A stretch of DNA of 63,095 nt, the filler included, from Porpidia crustulata (Eukaryota), in the NCBI GenBank assembly GCA_964255105.1. It is 16 parts of 16 records of this genome, joined end to end, with 100 filler letters (N's around TTAATTAATTAA, not from the genome) between each part and the next. Parts side by side here need not be neighbours in the genome. Positions count along the whole stretch, not along the records: positions 23,773 to 27,626 come from CAXUWE010002209.1; positions 27,727 to 31,575 come from CAXUWE010002210.1; positions 31,676 to 35,523 come from CAXUWE010002211.1; positions 35,624 to 39,469 come from CAXUWE010002212.1; 12 more parts are not named here. One strand, 5' to 3'. Positions 23,858 through 36,250 of this stretch are shown here, piece after piece. Below the pieces are notes generated by a model. It ran no database searches and was not told the origin of the DNA. It saw only the letters and a list, made by a program, of their open reading frames with translations. The translations under genes were made by a program, and so were the position numbers. How positions within the stretch are numbered: position 1 is the stretch's first letter; every line of letters begins with the position of its first letter.

Positions 23858-24499
23858 TCATCCCTCCATGTTAACCTGGAACAAGCCCACCTCGCCCGAG
23901 GCGCCAAAGTACGGAAAATGGACCTGGAACTGCACCTCGGTCGTGTCCGCTACTTCAAAGGTCATCGTCCCGGATTTCGAATGGTGGTTGTTCTGGCTGG
24001 ACAAGACGTGCCAGTCGGTGATGGGGTCCGTGTCGTCAACGTTCTTGTACCATGTGGTGACGGACTCGACCGCGATGTTGCAGCCGATGGAGAAGATGTA
24101 GCGTACCCCGGGGTAGACCTTAACCGAGTTCGTGGTGGCGCCGAGGTGGTCCAGGGCTGCGAAGGTGAAGTGGGAGACCATGGTGCATAACGGGGTGGGC
24201 CTTCCGCGAGGGTTTAGAGGATCTGGGGCTTCTGGTGTGGGGATCGGTTTTGCTGTTGCGGGACTGCTGGTGTTTGGCAGTCTTGATCGTTTGGTGCGAA
24301 TTTGTTCCCAGTATAATGGAAGAAGGTTAGTGTTGGAACAAGTCTGCGGTGTCGAAGGTACGGGCATAGGGGTCGGAGGGGGCAGCCGACGGATCTCGAG
24401 GTAATTCATGGAATTCGAAGACGTAAGAAAATTTCTAGCCATCGGTGCCGCGAGAATGGAGGGAAGAGCAATCAAAGACAACGCGAAGAAGAAATGCAT
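23858..24499 (-). CDS. Putative secreted protein (signal peptide, Pro-rich linker, beta-rich C-terminal domain)
   Basis: 213-aa intronless ORF beginning MHFFFALSLIALPSILAAP. Confidence 0.65.
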   Translation of the reverse strand: MHFFFALSLIALPSILAAPMARNFLTSSNSMNYLEIRRLPPPTPMPVPSTPQTCSNTNLLPLYWEQIRTKRSRLPNTSSPATAKPIPTPEAPDPLNPRGRPTPLCTMVSHFTFAALDHLGATTNSVKVYPGVRYIFSIGCNIAVESVTTWYKNVDDTDPITDWHVLSSQNNHHSKSGTMTFEVADTTEVQFQVHFPYFGASGEVGLFQVNMEG

Positions 24500-26079
24500 C
24501 TTGATGCCTCAGACTGTGGCAGTCCTTGTTGTTTCGAAAGGAAAGGCCTCAGAATCTGCTGGTGGTCGCTTTTACCATCCGATACCATGTTCGATATCGG
24601 CATATTGTGCTTATTATATTCAGCAAGTCCGAACCCTTGGCTAGGAGACCATCCTTATCGCAACCCATTCGCCCCCATTTTATACAATATCCAAGAGCTA
24701 TCCCATCCACTCAACGATAGGATGGCATTTGGCTTAGAGACACTATACCATCTTAAAATCCTCGCAATCCAAACCTTCTGCGAGCTCAGATATTGTTTGA
24801 CATCAGGCGTCCGGAAGGAAACGCGGGCCAGGCAATTTCTTTCTCCATATATCTCTCACTGGACCTCCGCGTTTAGAATCGAGACTAGTATAGATTAGCC
24901 AGGAACGTGGTCTGCGATTAGCATATATTTGTGTTAGCATGCCAGATAGTCGCCCCGAGCTGAAATCTAAGCATAAGGTACTCTTTCCGACATACAGGGC
25001 ACAGCCGGGAATTTTTGCCGCAACCTCCTGTTGACCCTTTTCTTGGAATGCTTCGAGCGCTGCTTTTTGATCATTTCGCATGCGCAGTGGACTTCTAAGT
25101 TGCGCCCAAATGCGTATAGCAAGACGTCCTGCCGTGACTTGGCGAGTGGGGGTGAACCCATTATGACGGTTGGTGTAGTCGATCGCGAACGCACCATAGA
25201 ACGTTTAATACATTGCCCTGAAGTCATGGGGGAAGTATGGTAGATAGGTGAGAAGTAAATGTTGAACACGCCGTAATGCTCGGCAGTAACGAGAAGCCTG
25301 TTGAACCACGATGAAAGCTTCCCGTTATAGTACGCAAAAGCCAAAAATCGACTGATGCTGGCCATAACAGCGTGTACGAAATTAGCCCCTGCTCGCGCCA
25401 CCAGTTCGACTACCGGCATTCAGGAACGCTGATTACATCTCTCCATGCGCAAGCAACGAACAGGCCTCATCACAATTGCATGACCCTCGTTGCACCTGGA
25501 CAGCGAAACATGGCGAAGTCGAGTCGGAATGCGACAGCTGACGTGGCTTGGAGCCTCTGTAGCGGTCACTGCACCGCTTCTGCCAAGCGTTGGCGGAGGC
25601 CTGAGCGGACCACGGGGCGCGTACGCGCAACATTTGGATGTTGTAAATATGGCATTATCAAGTTAGAAGCATGGGTACGTCAAGATACCTGTATGATCAT
25701 GTTGTGCAACTTGGATGTGAAACAGAAGCTGCAGATGTACCTATGCTGGTGTCGAAAAGGTAGGCGAGGAAATGGCGTTACTCCGAATAAGGCATGCGCC
25801 TTGCCCTATTGGGTAATATACGACAAACTCTCTTGACTTCTGAGACAAGCGCTCTTTGACCTTGAGAGTACAAGTTGTAGCAATAAGCTCAGTCTATGTA
25901 GGGGCAAAGACCATTGTGCCTCATTCAGTGCTTCGTTCAGAGCTCCTTTCAATGCTACATCCAGCGCTCCAACCAGCGCTTCTTTAGTATGACAATCCAC
26001 ATCAAACAAAGAAAAATCATTCAAATCTAAAAGTTGAAAATCAACAGACTGCAGTATGTAAAGGCGTCTAAGAATAACA

Positions 26080-26258
26080 CTCGTTCTCACCCCTCAATCA
26101 AATCTACTCAACGGAACACACCCCTCAAAGGAACAGCAGGTCTAGGGTTAGGTTGATTTCCGTCGTTTGAGCCTAGCTGTCCCGTTGAGGGGTGAAAACA
26201 AGAAGGGGTATAGCCCTAACCCTATGCTGAATGGTCCGTTGAAGGGTGAGAACGAGTA
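26080..26258. mobile_element. Composite or nested telomere-core MITE (subtype B on + apparently inside subtype A on -)
   Basis: Left TIR CTCGTTCTCACCCCTCAA at 26080-26097; CTAGGGTTAGGTT at 26142-26154; internal TIR at 26182-26202; reversed core AGCCCTAACCCTA from 26212; outer TIR CCGTTGAAGGGTGAGAACGAG at 26236-26256 plus TA. Confidence 0.8.
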
Positions 26259-26767
26259 CCACGCTAGAGTAGACCACAGCAGTTCTCAAAGCTCCCGCAC
26301 CCTATTTCAATTTTCTACTTTCCCTTGGGCAGATACTCCGTACGAGAAGTCGGATATATGTTGTCTTTCCTGCTTCGTATGGGTTGCTACGGTTCGTTAT
26401 GAAATAAAGAAATCATTCTTATCATTCAGGTTTTCTGATCTATCGAGTGTAACGTGGCTGGTCTCTTCGCGAATCCGTATCTTAGATTGAATCTCTCAAG
26501 GATCGCTCAGATTTTGTACATTCAAAAACCATCGAGATGAAGGTCAAGTGACTTACTTGTGGGAGTTGCTTTTGGCAATTGTCAATCTGCTGGAATCGTT
26601 TGAGCTCGCTTTCATCCGCCACCAAAGGAACAAACAAGGGCCTTTAGCTAACGGAGACCCAAATCAATCCTATAATTATATCAAAGTACATTTCTATTCT
26701 CTTATCATCATTCTAAAATTCTAGCAATATATTTTATCGTAAATCACTGTCTGTCCCCAAACGAGAG

Positions 26768-27626
26768 ATGGGACGTTCAGTCGTATACTGCGCTGTTTGC
26801 GGTGGACCTTTCGAAAGCATCTATAGTACTGGTGATGCCAATGAAGAAGTTGTAAATGACGTTCTTCCACCTAGCGAGGTTGAAGTATGTACATGGGTCC
26901 CTGGACAGTGGACATACTGCTCTTCTCTGACACCCGTGTTCTAGTGGCTTAAGAGCTTCCGTATCATAGGCAATTGCGATTTCTCGTAGGTCTTACATTT
27001 CTAGCTCATCACATCGGCCGACTTCAGTATTTCTTACACCAAACCAAAACAGTGGAGGAAGCATCTCACAAACCCAATTTTGCATTTCCCCCCCTGCGAG
27101 TGATGCCGAGTCTCGTTGTGCCTATATCGACAACTCCTTCCCACCCGAAGGCTCCAGCTGGAGCGCTATGAATGGTCGAAAGTGGAAGCTATTTGATGAA
27201 GACAGCGAGGGCAATATCTTATATCCAATCCATGACGCTTGTCTAACCATCATGGAAAAGATCAGCCACCGTAATCTGCAGCAAGCTGGCCCAGGAGCAC
27301 CGTTCACAACATTACGCGACTACTATCAAGCAATGTGTCGCTTGAACTTGCGTAATACAACTTATCCTTACCGTGAATCGAGCGAAGCCTCAGAAGACTG
27401 GGGTGCAAGTTTCCTAGAACGATACGGAGCCCATGGTTTAGAGTGGGAGCACGAATGCTATGGCGCTATGGGCTTTCAGACTGGGCCAAATTGGGAGTGC
27501 GAAATTGGTTGGGAGGTATGATCAGAATTCACCAAGAAAAAGTGGCTTACCTTTTGATAAGACTGTATAGTGGCTCTGCGCTGATCCCCTCTCAATTCCA
27601 AACCTGAGCGATCACATTATTTCCCT
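26768..27626 (+). CDS. Conserved fungal hypothetical protein (N-terminal YCxxCGGPF motif); multi-exon, 3' truncated
   Basis: Exon 1 MGRSVVYCAVCGGPF...EVE ends at a GTATGT donor. Later exons give WLKSFRIIG, YPIHDACL and WECEIGWE|WLCADP. Confidence 0.6.
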
Positions 27627-27977
27627 NNNNNNNNNNNNNNNNNNNNNNNNNNNNNNNNNNNNNNNNNNNNTTAATTAATTAANNNNNNNNNNNNNNNNNN
27701 NNNNNNNNNNNNNNNNNNNNNNNNNNGGGTTGGGGGAGGGTTGGCCATGGTGGAGGCGGTGATGCTGGGCTTGGCTTTGCTTTGGTGAGTGGAGACTAGT
27801 GCGGGTTGGTGATTTGCGGAATCCGGGGTAAAACGCGCTAAGTCCGGATAACAGCCGGGCGTGGATATCATCGTCTGACTCCTCTATCACCAAAACATAT
27901 CCTTGGTTTGCTTCTCGTACACTCCTACATATCGATTTTCTTAATGACTCTTTACGGGAACGAGTTTGAAAGGTGAC

Positions 27978-29168
27978 ATGACGCCATCCCCAGCGCGTGG
28001 GCGATGGGTGAAGCCGGGGGCCACTCGGAGTGGATTCATGACGTCAACGGCGAGGTTTTGGCAGGTATAATTACTCTAATATCCAGAGTAGGCTGGACTC
28101 TTACTGAGCCCTAGCACAGACATCTTACGCCGCTGATTACGTCGGGTTGACGCTGTTAGCCATCATTTTCATATGCGTAGGGCTTCCGGCGCAAAACACG
28201 TACAATTTCAGTCACTGATCATGCGATAGATTGTGATGATTGTAGAGCCATTCCATCGCATGTTCTCTCTAGACGACATTAATCTCCAATATCCACATGC
28301 GCTCGTGGAACGAGTTCCAGTCAGTAAGAAACCCCCAAAGACTCCTACACTCCCTATGACGAATTCACTAACTAACCTGAATTTCACCAGAATGGAATAT
28401 TGTTTATGCCGCCGTTCTACCCGCCATAGTCCTAGCAATCTGGCTTGCGATATCTCGATCTGACGTACACAAGTCTCACATCACAATCCTAGGGTTTTTT
28501 ATCAGCATCGCTCTTACTATGGTTCTTACGGATATAGTAAAGAACGCTGTTGGTCGGCCAAGGCCAGACCTCATCGCTCGCTGCAAGCCGAGGAAAGATA
28601 CTTCGAAAGACGAATTGGTTAATATAGAGGTATGCACGGAAACAAGCCACCACATCTTGCACGATGGCTGGAGGAGCTTTCCCAGTGGTCACAGCAGCTT
28701 TGCTTTCAGTGGATTGGGATACTTGGCAATGTACGCACTCACAAATTGAGTTTTCTTGTCATTGGCTGATATTCTCATTACAGTTTCCTCGCCGGTCAGA
28801 TGCATGTCTTTAGACCACGAACAGACCTGTCTCGGGTCTTGGTAGCCCTCACACCATTATTGGGAGCTGCATTAATAGCCATATCTCGATGTGAGGATTA
28901 TCGACACGATGTATACGATGTGACGACGGGTTCAATCATCGGGATGTCGCTTGCGTACTTTTCCTACCGGAGATATTTCCCCAGCTTGAATTCGCCCCTC
29001 TGCGATACACCATACTCAAGTCGTGCGGAGGCCACTTCGAAGCTCGGGCGCGGAAGAGCGAGAGATGAGGAAGAATTGATACGTAAGGTAGATAGCTTCA
29101 GTGCTAGCGATTTAGAAGATAGAGGGCAGCGAGTTCCGCTGCAGTCAGCAAGTCAAGATCGTGGGTAA
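27978..29168 (+). CDS. PAP2-family lipid phosphate phosphatase (DPP1/LPP1-like), multi-exon
   Basis: All three PAP2 motifs are present: KNAVGRPRP, SFPSGHSS and SRCEDYRHDVYDV. Confidence 0.9.
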
Positions 29169-29564
29169 CAATAATTCAGGGACGTAGGCTAGCATGGTAT
29201 ATATTTAATCTCGGTCATATGATTTCCAGGCAGTCATCCGCAATCAAATATAACCATCACGCTGGCCATTCCTGAGCGCTTTCTACATGTAGAGCAGACC
29301 TCGGTTATGTAAAGTAATCGAAGCCTACGGAACGGGCCGTTTCCCGTACACTAGGATGATTTGTCCCAGTTTTTTGTGGCATCGTGGGCACTTCGTATTG
29401 AGGGCATGGGGGTTCTTGCGCCCAGGGACTGATACTATTGCGCTCGGGATTATACTGCAAAGGCTTACATAGAGATATTTTATTTCCATATACCCTCGAA
29501 CTCTTCGGCAGTAAGGTATTAGCCACAATTGGTCGTTTTGCAGGGGTTCAATCGTGGCGCATGC

Positions 29565-29744
29565 AGATAGCGTGGCATAAAAGACTGGGACCTTCCACTA
29601 TCTAGCCGGATAGTGAAGCCGATTACTGATAAGATTATCTCTCTTTCGTCCGGGCAACTCTACTTTTTTATATGGACCGACAATTGATTACACTCCTGTC
29701 CATAATTTGAATATAAGCTGCTACACCCGCGGTCTTCATGATAA
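29565..29744. promoter_or_regulatory. Cluster of HGATAR (GATA-factor) sites upstream of the MFS gene
   Basis: AGATAG 29565, CTATCT 29598, TGATAA 29627, TTATCT 29635 and TGATAA 29739. Confidence 0.35.
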
Positions 29745-29837
29745 GCTCAGTATGTCCAGAGGCTTCAATTAATCTTTGAGAGACAATTCTTCCCCTCAGT
29801 TTGGGAAGTACTTGAGTTTTACAACCGTCACATAGCA

Positions 29838-31502
29838 ATGCCGTCGTTGGTCAGTGATTCCGACGATACCATTGCGGAAGACAGTCCTTTACTTCGTAAT
29901 GGCAAAGACACACAAGATAACGGAACGATTGAGCGAGGAAAACAAAATATCACGGATGACGCAGAAGAGACCGATGACGAGGTGCCCATAGCAGAAGAGC
30001 CCAATACTGCCAAATTGCTACTCGTAATGTCAAGTATCTGGCTTGGATGCTTTCTCGCAGCCTTGGATTCAACGATCATTGCCACTCTCTCCGTACCCAT
30101 CTCCGCATCCTTCAATTCCCTCTCTCTGCTGTCATGGCTGGCATCCGCCTACCTGATAGCCAATGCAGCACTTCAACCCCTCAGTGGGCGTCTCACCGAC
30201 ATTCTTTCGAGAAGAACCGGTCTCATCTATTCCAACATCTTCTTCGCTGCTGGGAATCTCATCTGCGGATTTGCACAAGACGAATGGGCGATGATCTCTG
30301 GAAGAGTCATCGCCGGCATCGGCGGCGGGGGCCTTACCGCCATCTCTACTTTCGTCGGCTCCGATCTTGTGCCCCTCCGCAAGAGAGGCGTCTGGCAAGG
30401 ATACGGCAACATCTGTTTCGGCGTTGGAGCCGGTCTTGGTGGTGTCTTTGGTGGCTGGGTTAACGACACATGGAGCTGGAGGGTTGCCTTTCTAGCTCAA
30501 GTTCCCCTGACTGTCATCTCCGGCATTATGGTCTACTTTTTTGTCCATATCCCTGTCAAGGAAACTTCGCAATCGCCATGGAAACGCATCGACTTCCTCG
30601 GCTCCATCACCCTCATCATCACCCTCGTGCTGCTCCTTCTCGGCCTCAACTCCGGCGGCAACCTCGTGCCCTGGTCTCACCCCTTGGTCCTCACCACACT
30701 ACCCCTTAGCGCTGTCTCCCTCGCAGTATTCATCTACATTGAAAGCCACATGGCCGCCGAACCCGTCATCCCCGTCAAACTCCTGCTGAACCGCACGGTC
30801 CTAGCAGCCTGCCTGACGAACTGGTTCATCACCATGTGCGTCTTCTCCGTCCTCTTCTATGGCCCCATCTACTTCCAAGTCCAAGGCCTCTCCCCCACCC
30901 AAGCCGGCGCGCGCCTGATCCCGCAATCCATCGGCGTCGTCGGCTCCCTCCTGTCCGGCCTCATCATGCGCTGGACCGGCCGCTACTACCTCCTCAGTGT
31001 CGCCACCCAACTCCTCTTCGTCGCCGCCGCCGCTCTCATCTCCACCTTCACCCTCACCACCCCGGCCTGGGAACCCCCGCTCGCCTTTTTCATCGCCGGC
31101 ATGGGCTACGGCGCCATGCTGACCATCACCCTCCTCGCTCTCATCGCCGCCGTCGACCACAAGGACCACAGCGTCATCACCAGCGCCTCCTACGCCTTCC
31201 GCAGCACCGGCTCCGCCATCGGCATCACCATCGCCAGCGCCGTCTTCCAGAACATCCTCAAGTCCGAGCTCTGGGCCCGCTTCGGCGATCGCGAAGGCGC
31301 CGCCGATGTCATCAGGAGGGTCACGGACAGTCTAGATGAGATTCAGAAGTTGCCCGAAAGCTGGAAAGGAGGGGTGATACAGGTGTACATGGATGCGCTG
31401 AGGGGGGTTTTCGTGACGACGGTGGGGATCGCGGTCTTGGGGCTTGCGATCAGTTTGTTTATGAGGGAACATACTTTGCATAGCAATTTAGCCAGGAAAT
31501 GA
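29838..31502 (+). CDS. MFS transporter, DHA2/VBA-like (14-TM type)
   Basis: 554-aa intronless ORF with FLAALDSTII, QPLSGRLTDILSRR, GRVIAGIGGGG, SDLVPLRKRG and AFRSTG. Confidence 0.9.
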   Translation: MPSLVSDSDDTIAEDSPLLRNGKDTQDNGTIERGKQNITDDAEETDDEVPIAEEPNTAKLLLVMSSIWLGCFLAALDSTIIATLSVPISASFNSLSLLSWLASAYLIANAALQPLSGRLTDILSRRTGLIYSNIFFAAGNLICGFAQDEWAMISGRVIAGIGGGGLTAISTFVGSDLVPLRKRGVWQGYGNICFGVGAGLGGVFGGWVNDTWSWRVAFLAQVPLTVISGIMVYFFVHIPVKETSQSPWKRIDFLGSITLIITLVLLLLGLNSGGNLVPWSHPLVLTTLPLSAVSLAVFIYIESHMAAEPVIPVKLLLNRTVLAACLTNWFITMCVFSVLFYGPIYFQVQGLSPTQAGARLIPQSIGVVGSLLSGLIMRWTGRYYLLSVATQLLFVAAAALISTFTLTTPAWEPPLAFFIAGMGYGAMLTITLLALIAAVDHKDHSVITSASYAFRSTGSAIGITIASAVFQNILKSELWARFGDREGAADVIRRVTDSLDEIQKLPESWKGGVIQVYMDALRGVFVTTVGIAVLGLAISLFMREHTLHSNLARK

Positions 31503-31675
31503 CCGAAGAGCAGGAGGGATTCGATATTAGGATCGTAGGTCATAGACATATAGTACTGTGCGATACACGTAAGAGNNNNNNNNNNNNNNNNNNNNNNNNN
31601 NNNNNNNNNNNNNNNNNNNTTAATTAATTAANNNNNNNNNNNNNNNNNNNNNNNNNNNNNNNNNNNNNNNNNNNN

Positions 31676-34416
31676 GCCGACGCCGATGAAGAAGATTTGG
31701 GTGGCTTGGTTGGGTCTGTGATGGGGGTTGGATCAGAAATTGAAAGCGTTTTTTCTGAGGAGGGTGGTGGCGTTTTATACTCGATGTAGTTTTCCCATAT
31801 GTAGACCGACACTTCCTCGATAGCCTCCGAACGCCTTGCTCGATCGTCTTCGAGCGTGTTATCATCTTGCTATTTGAATCATTAGCGAATTCCGCACTCA
31901 ATATCGCCGAGAGGGTAATAATACGTCAATGCCAGTAAGATGCTTTGGAACATTAATGTCAATGATACCATAGCCTTGCTTGATAGCCCAATCAATGTAA
32001 TGCTTTATTCCATTAGCCTTCCGCTAGTCGTCAGCGTATCTTCATCCGAGCCGCCAAGGAATCAGGGAATGCGACGTACGAGTAGGGTTTCGTGAGATTC
32101 CATGAGATTGGCATTTTGGTCTTTAGATCGGTTGAACATTTCGGGGCTAAATCGGATCAATTGGCTTTATAGGTATTATGAGACGATATTGCCACTCACG
32201 GATCGTGGAGGAAGACTATTAAGGGTATTGGCTGATGGTAATTAGGCCTATTTGATTTGTAAATTTAACGTCTTGCGTAAAGTTTCGATCCTTTCATACG
32301 TTGCTAGGACCTGATTCTTGAAAGATCTGGAAACTCTGTCGCGGAGTATTCTCAAAGGACTCATCTTATGTTCTTTATAGAGTTGATCGCTTTCGTATTC
32401 CCGAATGACATCTACATTTATAAGCGAGGCTTAGGAGTTCGTTGACGAGTATAGCTACCATGCATACGGATGTAACTATTCGGCGCAAAAGAGGCTAGAA
32501 AAAGTCAGCAAAAATCTCTGTGTCGGGATAAATAATTGACCTTCTTCCGCTGCACTTGGGTGAAGAAAAGGCCAGTACTTAGATTGATGAGCGGCAACCT
32601 TTCGTACTGTAGCAATTCCAGATATTGTTGGTTTTGTTTGCTCCATTCTATCGGGCGATTCGCCCATTAATGTTCGGGTAACAGCCAATGCTGATTTTGA
32701 AATTGATCTGAGATTGTAGCCGCCCTTTATGTATTGAGTAAAGCCAGATGTAGAGATTCGAGGTAAGGATACAGACTTCGAGACAGACAACAATCTTGCC
32801 ATCAGCCAGCGGCATGAGCATGTGTGTCATATGAGCATAGCATGTAGGAGTAACAAAGCAGCCGCCAAGCTGATCTCCAGCGGCTGCGTCGAACCCAGCA
32901 GCGACTAAGGAACGTTAAATGTTATAAGTGATAGCACGCGAAACTAGGACAAGCTTACTGATTATCAGGTCTGGATTGAAATCATAACCAATTGGCATGA
33001 CGATTTGCTGGAAAGCATAAAGATAATCTGCGTCCCCCATGCCTTTAGTAGGCCATGGAATATTGACGTTCCTAGTCTGTTTTCAGCTGGGTTTGGAAGG
33101 ATGTTCTAGGTTCTCTGACTTTCCCAATCCAAGTCCAGCACCGCAATGGAGATGATCACCATATGGTCCTGAAGGATAGAAATTGCCATCCTCATGCACA
33201 TGTATGGATATATACAAGACATTTGGATCTTGGTAGAAAGCTTGCTGTATACCATTGCCTAAAACAAGTTAGTCCAGTCCAGTGGCTTGGTGTGATTCAC
33301 CTCTTTTGTACCATGATGTACATCCCTGGAAAATCAATATCAGTATCTATCACCCGGGAATCTCGAGCTACATACCAGTCAAGGATCATAATTCTTTTGC
33401 AAGTGTCAGGAAAGTCTAGCTGACAAACCTTGGCCGCAATTGAGACGTTGTCAAAGATACAGAATCCCATTGGCCTATTGCATTCAGCATGGTGCCCTGG
33501 AGGCCTGATGACTGCGATAGCGTTCTTGATCTGCTGACCGATAACTGCTTTGCATGTATCTATGGCTCCTCCAGTGGATAGTAGTGCGGACTGGAAAGTT
33601 AATCGATTGAAATATATCGAGTCGAATTGCCTCTCCAGATGGACCAGTGTGTCTTCAGTCATATCTAGACCTCAAGTCAGACAATTGCTTGGCATTTGTG
33701 AACGCGAGAAGAGTAAACAACCAACCTCTGGTACTTTCTATAAAGTCATAGTGCTTTTTGTCGTGAACCAGGCATATTTCTGCGGGCGTGGCAAACCGAG
33801 CAAACACTCGCATCAGCGGATTAGGTACTAGAATTTGCACGCCATCTTCATTCGTGAGGTTATCCTTATCAATGACGAGGCCAGCTTTGCAGAGCTCATT
33901 GAAAATGCAGAAGATTCTTCGAGGATCTTCAGGGTGAAAATCGAGCCTTTGCTTTGGTGGATCGAGCTCACAATGATACCTCATACGCACGTCATAGCAA
34001 AGTCCTGTGGACAACATTGCTAATCGTCTCCGCGACTCGACCTCTGCAAGTAGGTCTGTACTTCGAGCGTCTTCTGATGGTGTGGTCGTGCCTTCAGAAG
34101 TGCTCGAGCCGTGTAGATATTTATCATTCTTAATAAAGACTGAAGAGTCGCGGGAATTTCCATTCAGCTCTCGAAAAGACGAAGTGCTTGAGGCGTTTAA
34201 TGCGCCACCGGCTATTGCTGTGTTTCGTAGATGATTGACGCCATGCGTGACTTCCGAGCTCAGCATCGCTGCTGGGCCAGAAATCACTGATGGAGGTGCT
34301 AATATCAATGAACCATTCATCGATCTGCGGATTTCTTGCGTTGCGTGCAATTGTCCATCTCGTAATCCAATCTCTGACGCGTCTGGCATAGGAGAATCAT
34401 CATCCATCGCGTTCAT
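31676..34416 (-). CDS. HDA1: Class II histone deacetylase (Hda1/Clr3); multi-exon, 3' truncated
   Basis: [32 protein letters not shown], spliced [29 protein letters not shown]. Confidence 0.92.
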
Positions 34417-34990
34417 GTCCGCTACCTATGAACGTTTTGAAAACAAGTATTCAAAACAAATAAGACAGTACTACATCGATGTTGGCGTTACGAGGACTAC
34501 CGGGATGCATCATTCAATTCTCTTGGGCATTTGAACCAAATGCTCTTGAAGAAGAGAAAATGAAGTCGTCTTGAAAAGGACTGTCTCATGGCTTTAGTAT
34601 ATGTGTATTGGAGCGAATGAAAGTGGAAGACCAACGAACACGCGACCATCCACGAGCATGGGCAAATTGGTGGGCAACTGACGGGATACATACAAGTCAC
34701 ATGGAAGGACAGTTCACTGAATCTCCTACTGCAGCGGATGATGCAAGTTCGAGAGTGAAGGATTGGCGGTCAATTGGTACAGATACCGACAAGGAGGATT
34801 TCCGAATAAAAAGGAATCTATTTCAGAGGATTGCTTTACCAAATTCTCAAGATATCAGAGCTCATGTCAAAGCAGTCTTTCTTCGTGAACGCAGATGGAG
34901 AGGCGTTAGTCAGCAAAATAGTCTTGGCAAACATTTATTCCAAGCTTTGGAACTCTTAGGAGTCAATTTCAAGATAGCCCTCATATCATC

Positions 34991-35523
34991 ATGAACTCTA
35001 CGACCAACGAGATCACAAAATTAGTCGTTTTGATATCTGGAAATGGTACTAATCTGCAGGCAATAATCGATGCCTGCTCGACAGGAAACTTGTCCTCCAC
35101 CAAGATCGTCCGTGTAATTTGTGAAAATCCTGTTCTTCTCACACTCTGCATTTTCACCTCTCTTATTGATTCCCAGGCAATCGTAAAAATGCTTTTGGGA
35201 TTGAACGGGCCCAGAAGGCGGAGATACCTTGCACATATCATAACATCATCCCTAGTCGAAGGAAACATCCTGAAGATGAAAAGGCTGCCAAGTACGCTTT
35301 TGATGATGAGTATGTTCTCCTTAATCTTAACGATGCTTGCTGTTACAGAGTTGTCCTGTCATTCTTAGTGAAATTTAGCCTATTCATTGTTCATAATTCT
35401 CGAACTTTTAATTGCACCTGACATGTCCCATTTGCTCAATAGAACGGATCTCTCTCCTTCTCCCTCGAGTTTTGCTCTTGTTATTCTCCTGTCCATTTCA
35501 TGCAGACTCGCCAACCATCACTG
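34991..35523 (+). CDS. ADE8: Phosphoribosylglycinamide formyltransferase, 5' part; truncated
   Basis: VVLISGNGTNLQAIIDA, then after an intron NRKNAFGIERAQKAEIP. Confidence 0.85.
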
Positions 35524-36250
35524 NNNNNNNNNNNNNNNNNNNNNNNNNNNNNNNNNNNNNNNNNNNNTTAATTAATTAANNNNNNNNNNNNNNNNNNNNN
35601 NNNNNNNNNNNNNNNNNNNNNNNACCCTGCATAGGTGTGATGCCCGATAGTCGGCCCTACCGATGCGTCTCCAGTCCCACCGGAACATCGAATTCGAATG
35701 AGATCAAATTAACATGGAGGAAATACGGGCACGTATTCAAGAACGCCTTGACGATGCGTTCGTCTAATAAAGTTTGGTGGTAAGCCCATGAAATCAGATT
35801 TCTGATGATGTCTTCATGTAAGTAGCTGTTCAATGTTTTGGTGGGGCTGGAGATGCCTCGGTAGGGCTGACTCCACTGACTTTTGAAACCCCCTGGTGGC
35901 TTAACGGATAAATCAATTTGCACGTATGACGACTTGGTACGTTACAACGAGTCTCTGCTGCAGCAGCTATTAAGTTGGGCTCCAGAAATACAGCTCGCAT
36001 TATTAGTGCTGGACATCTACATGTCTGATGCTCCCAATGTCTTCATTGCCCAATCAAATGGAATTATATAAGCGGACAGTTCCGCCACGTCCCGCTTGCG
36101 AAGGCAGCAGTGAGACTTAGGTCCAGCTCATACAGATATTCTTCCTATATGGCTGGTACCAGTGCTGTAATTTTCGTTATTTCTTTATAAGATCTACTGA
36201 ATCGTGAGATATTCTGGTGTCCTAAGTTCTGTTCAATCTATAGATTCGCA

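Noticed and set aside
25915..25982. Imperfect 12-bp periodicity (ALxG/ALNE-like peptide on the minus strand) next to the nested MITE
   Set aside because: Too degenerate, and the host ORF has no ATG start or recognisable homology.
30047..31339. Long overlapping alternative-frame ORFs in the MFS gene (also seen at 7889-8605)
   Set aside because: Expected from high GC3 codon bias; there are no independent coding features.
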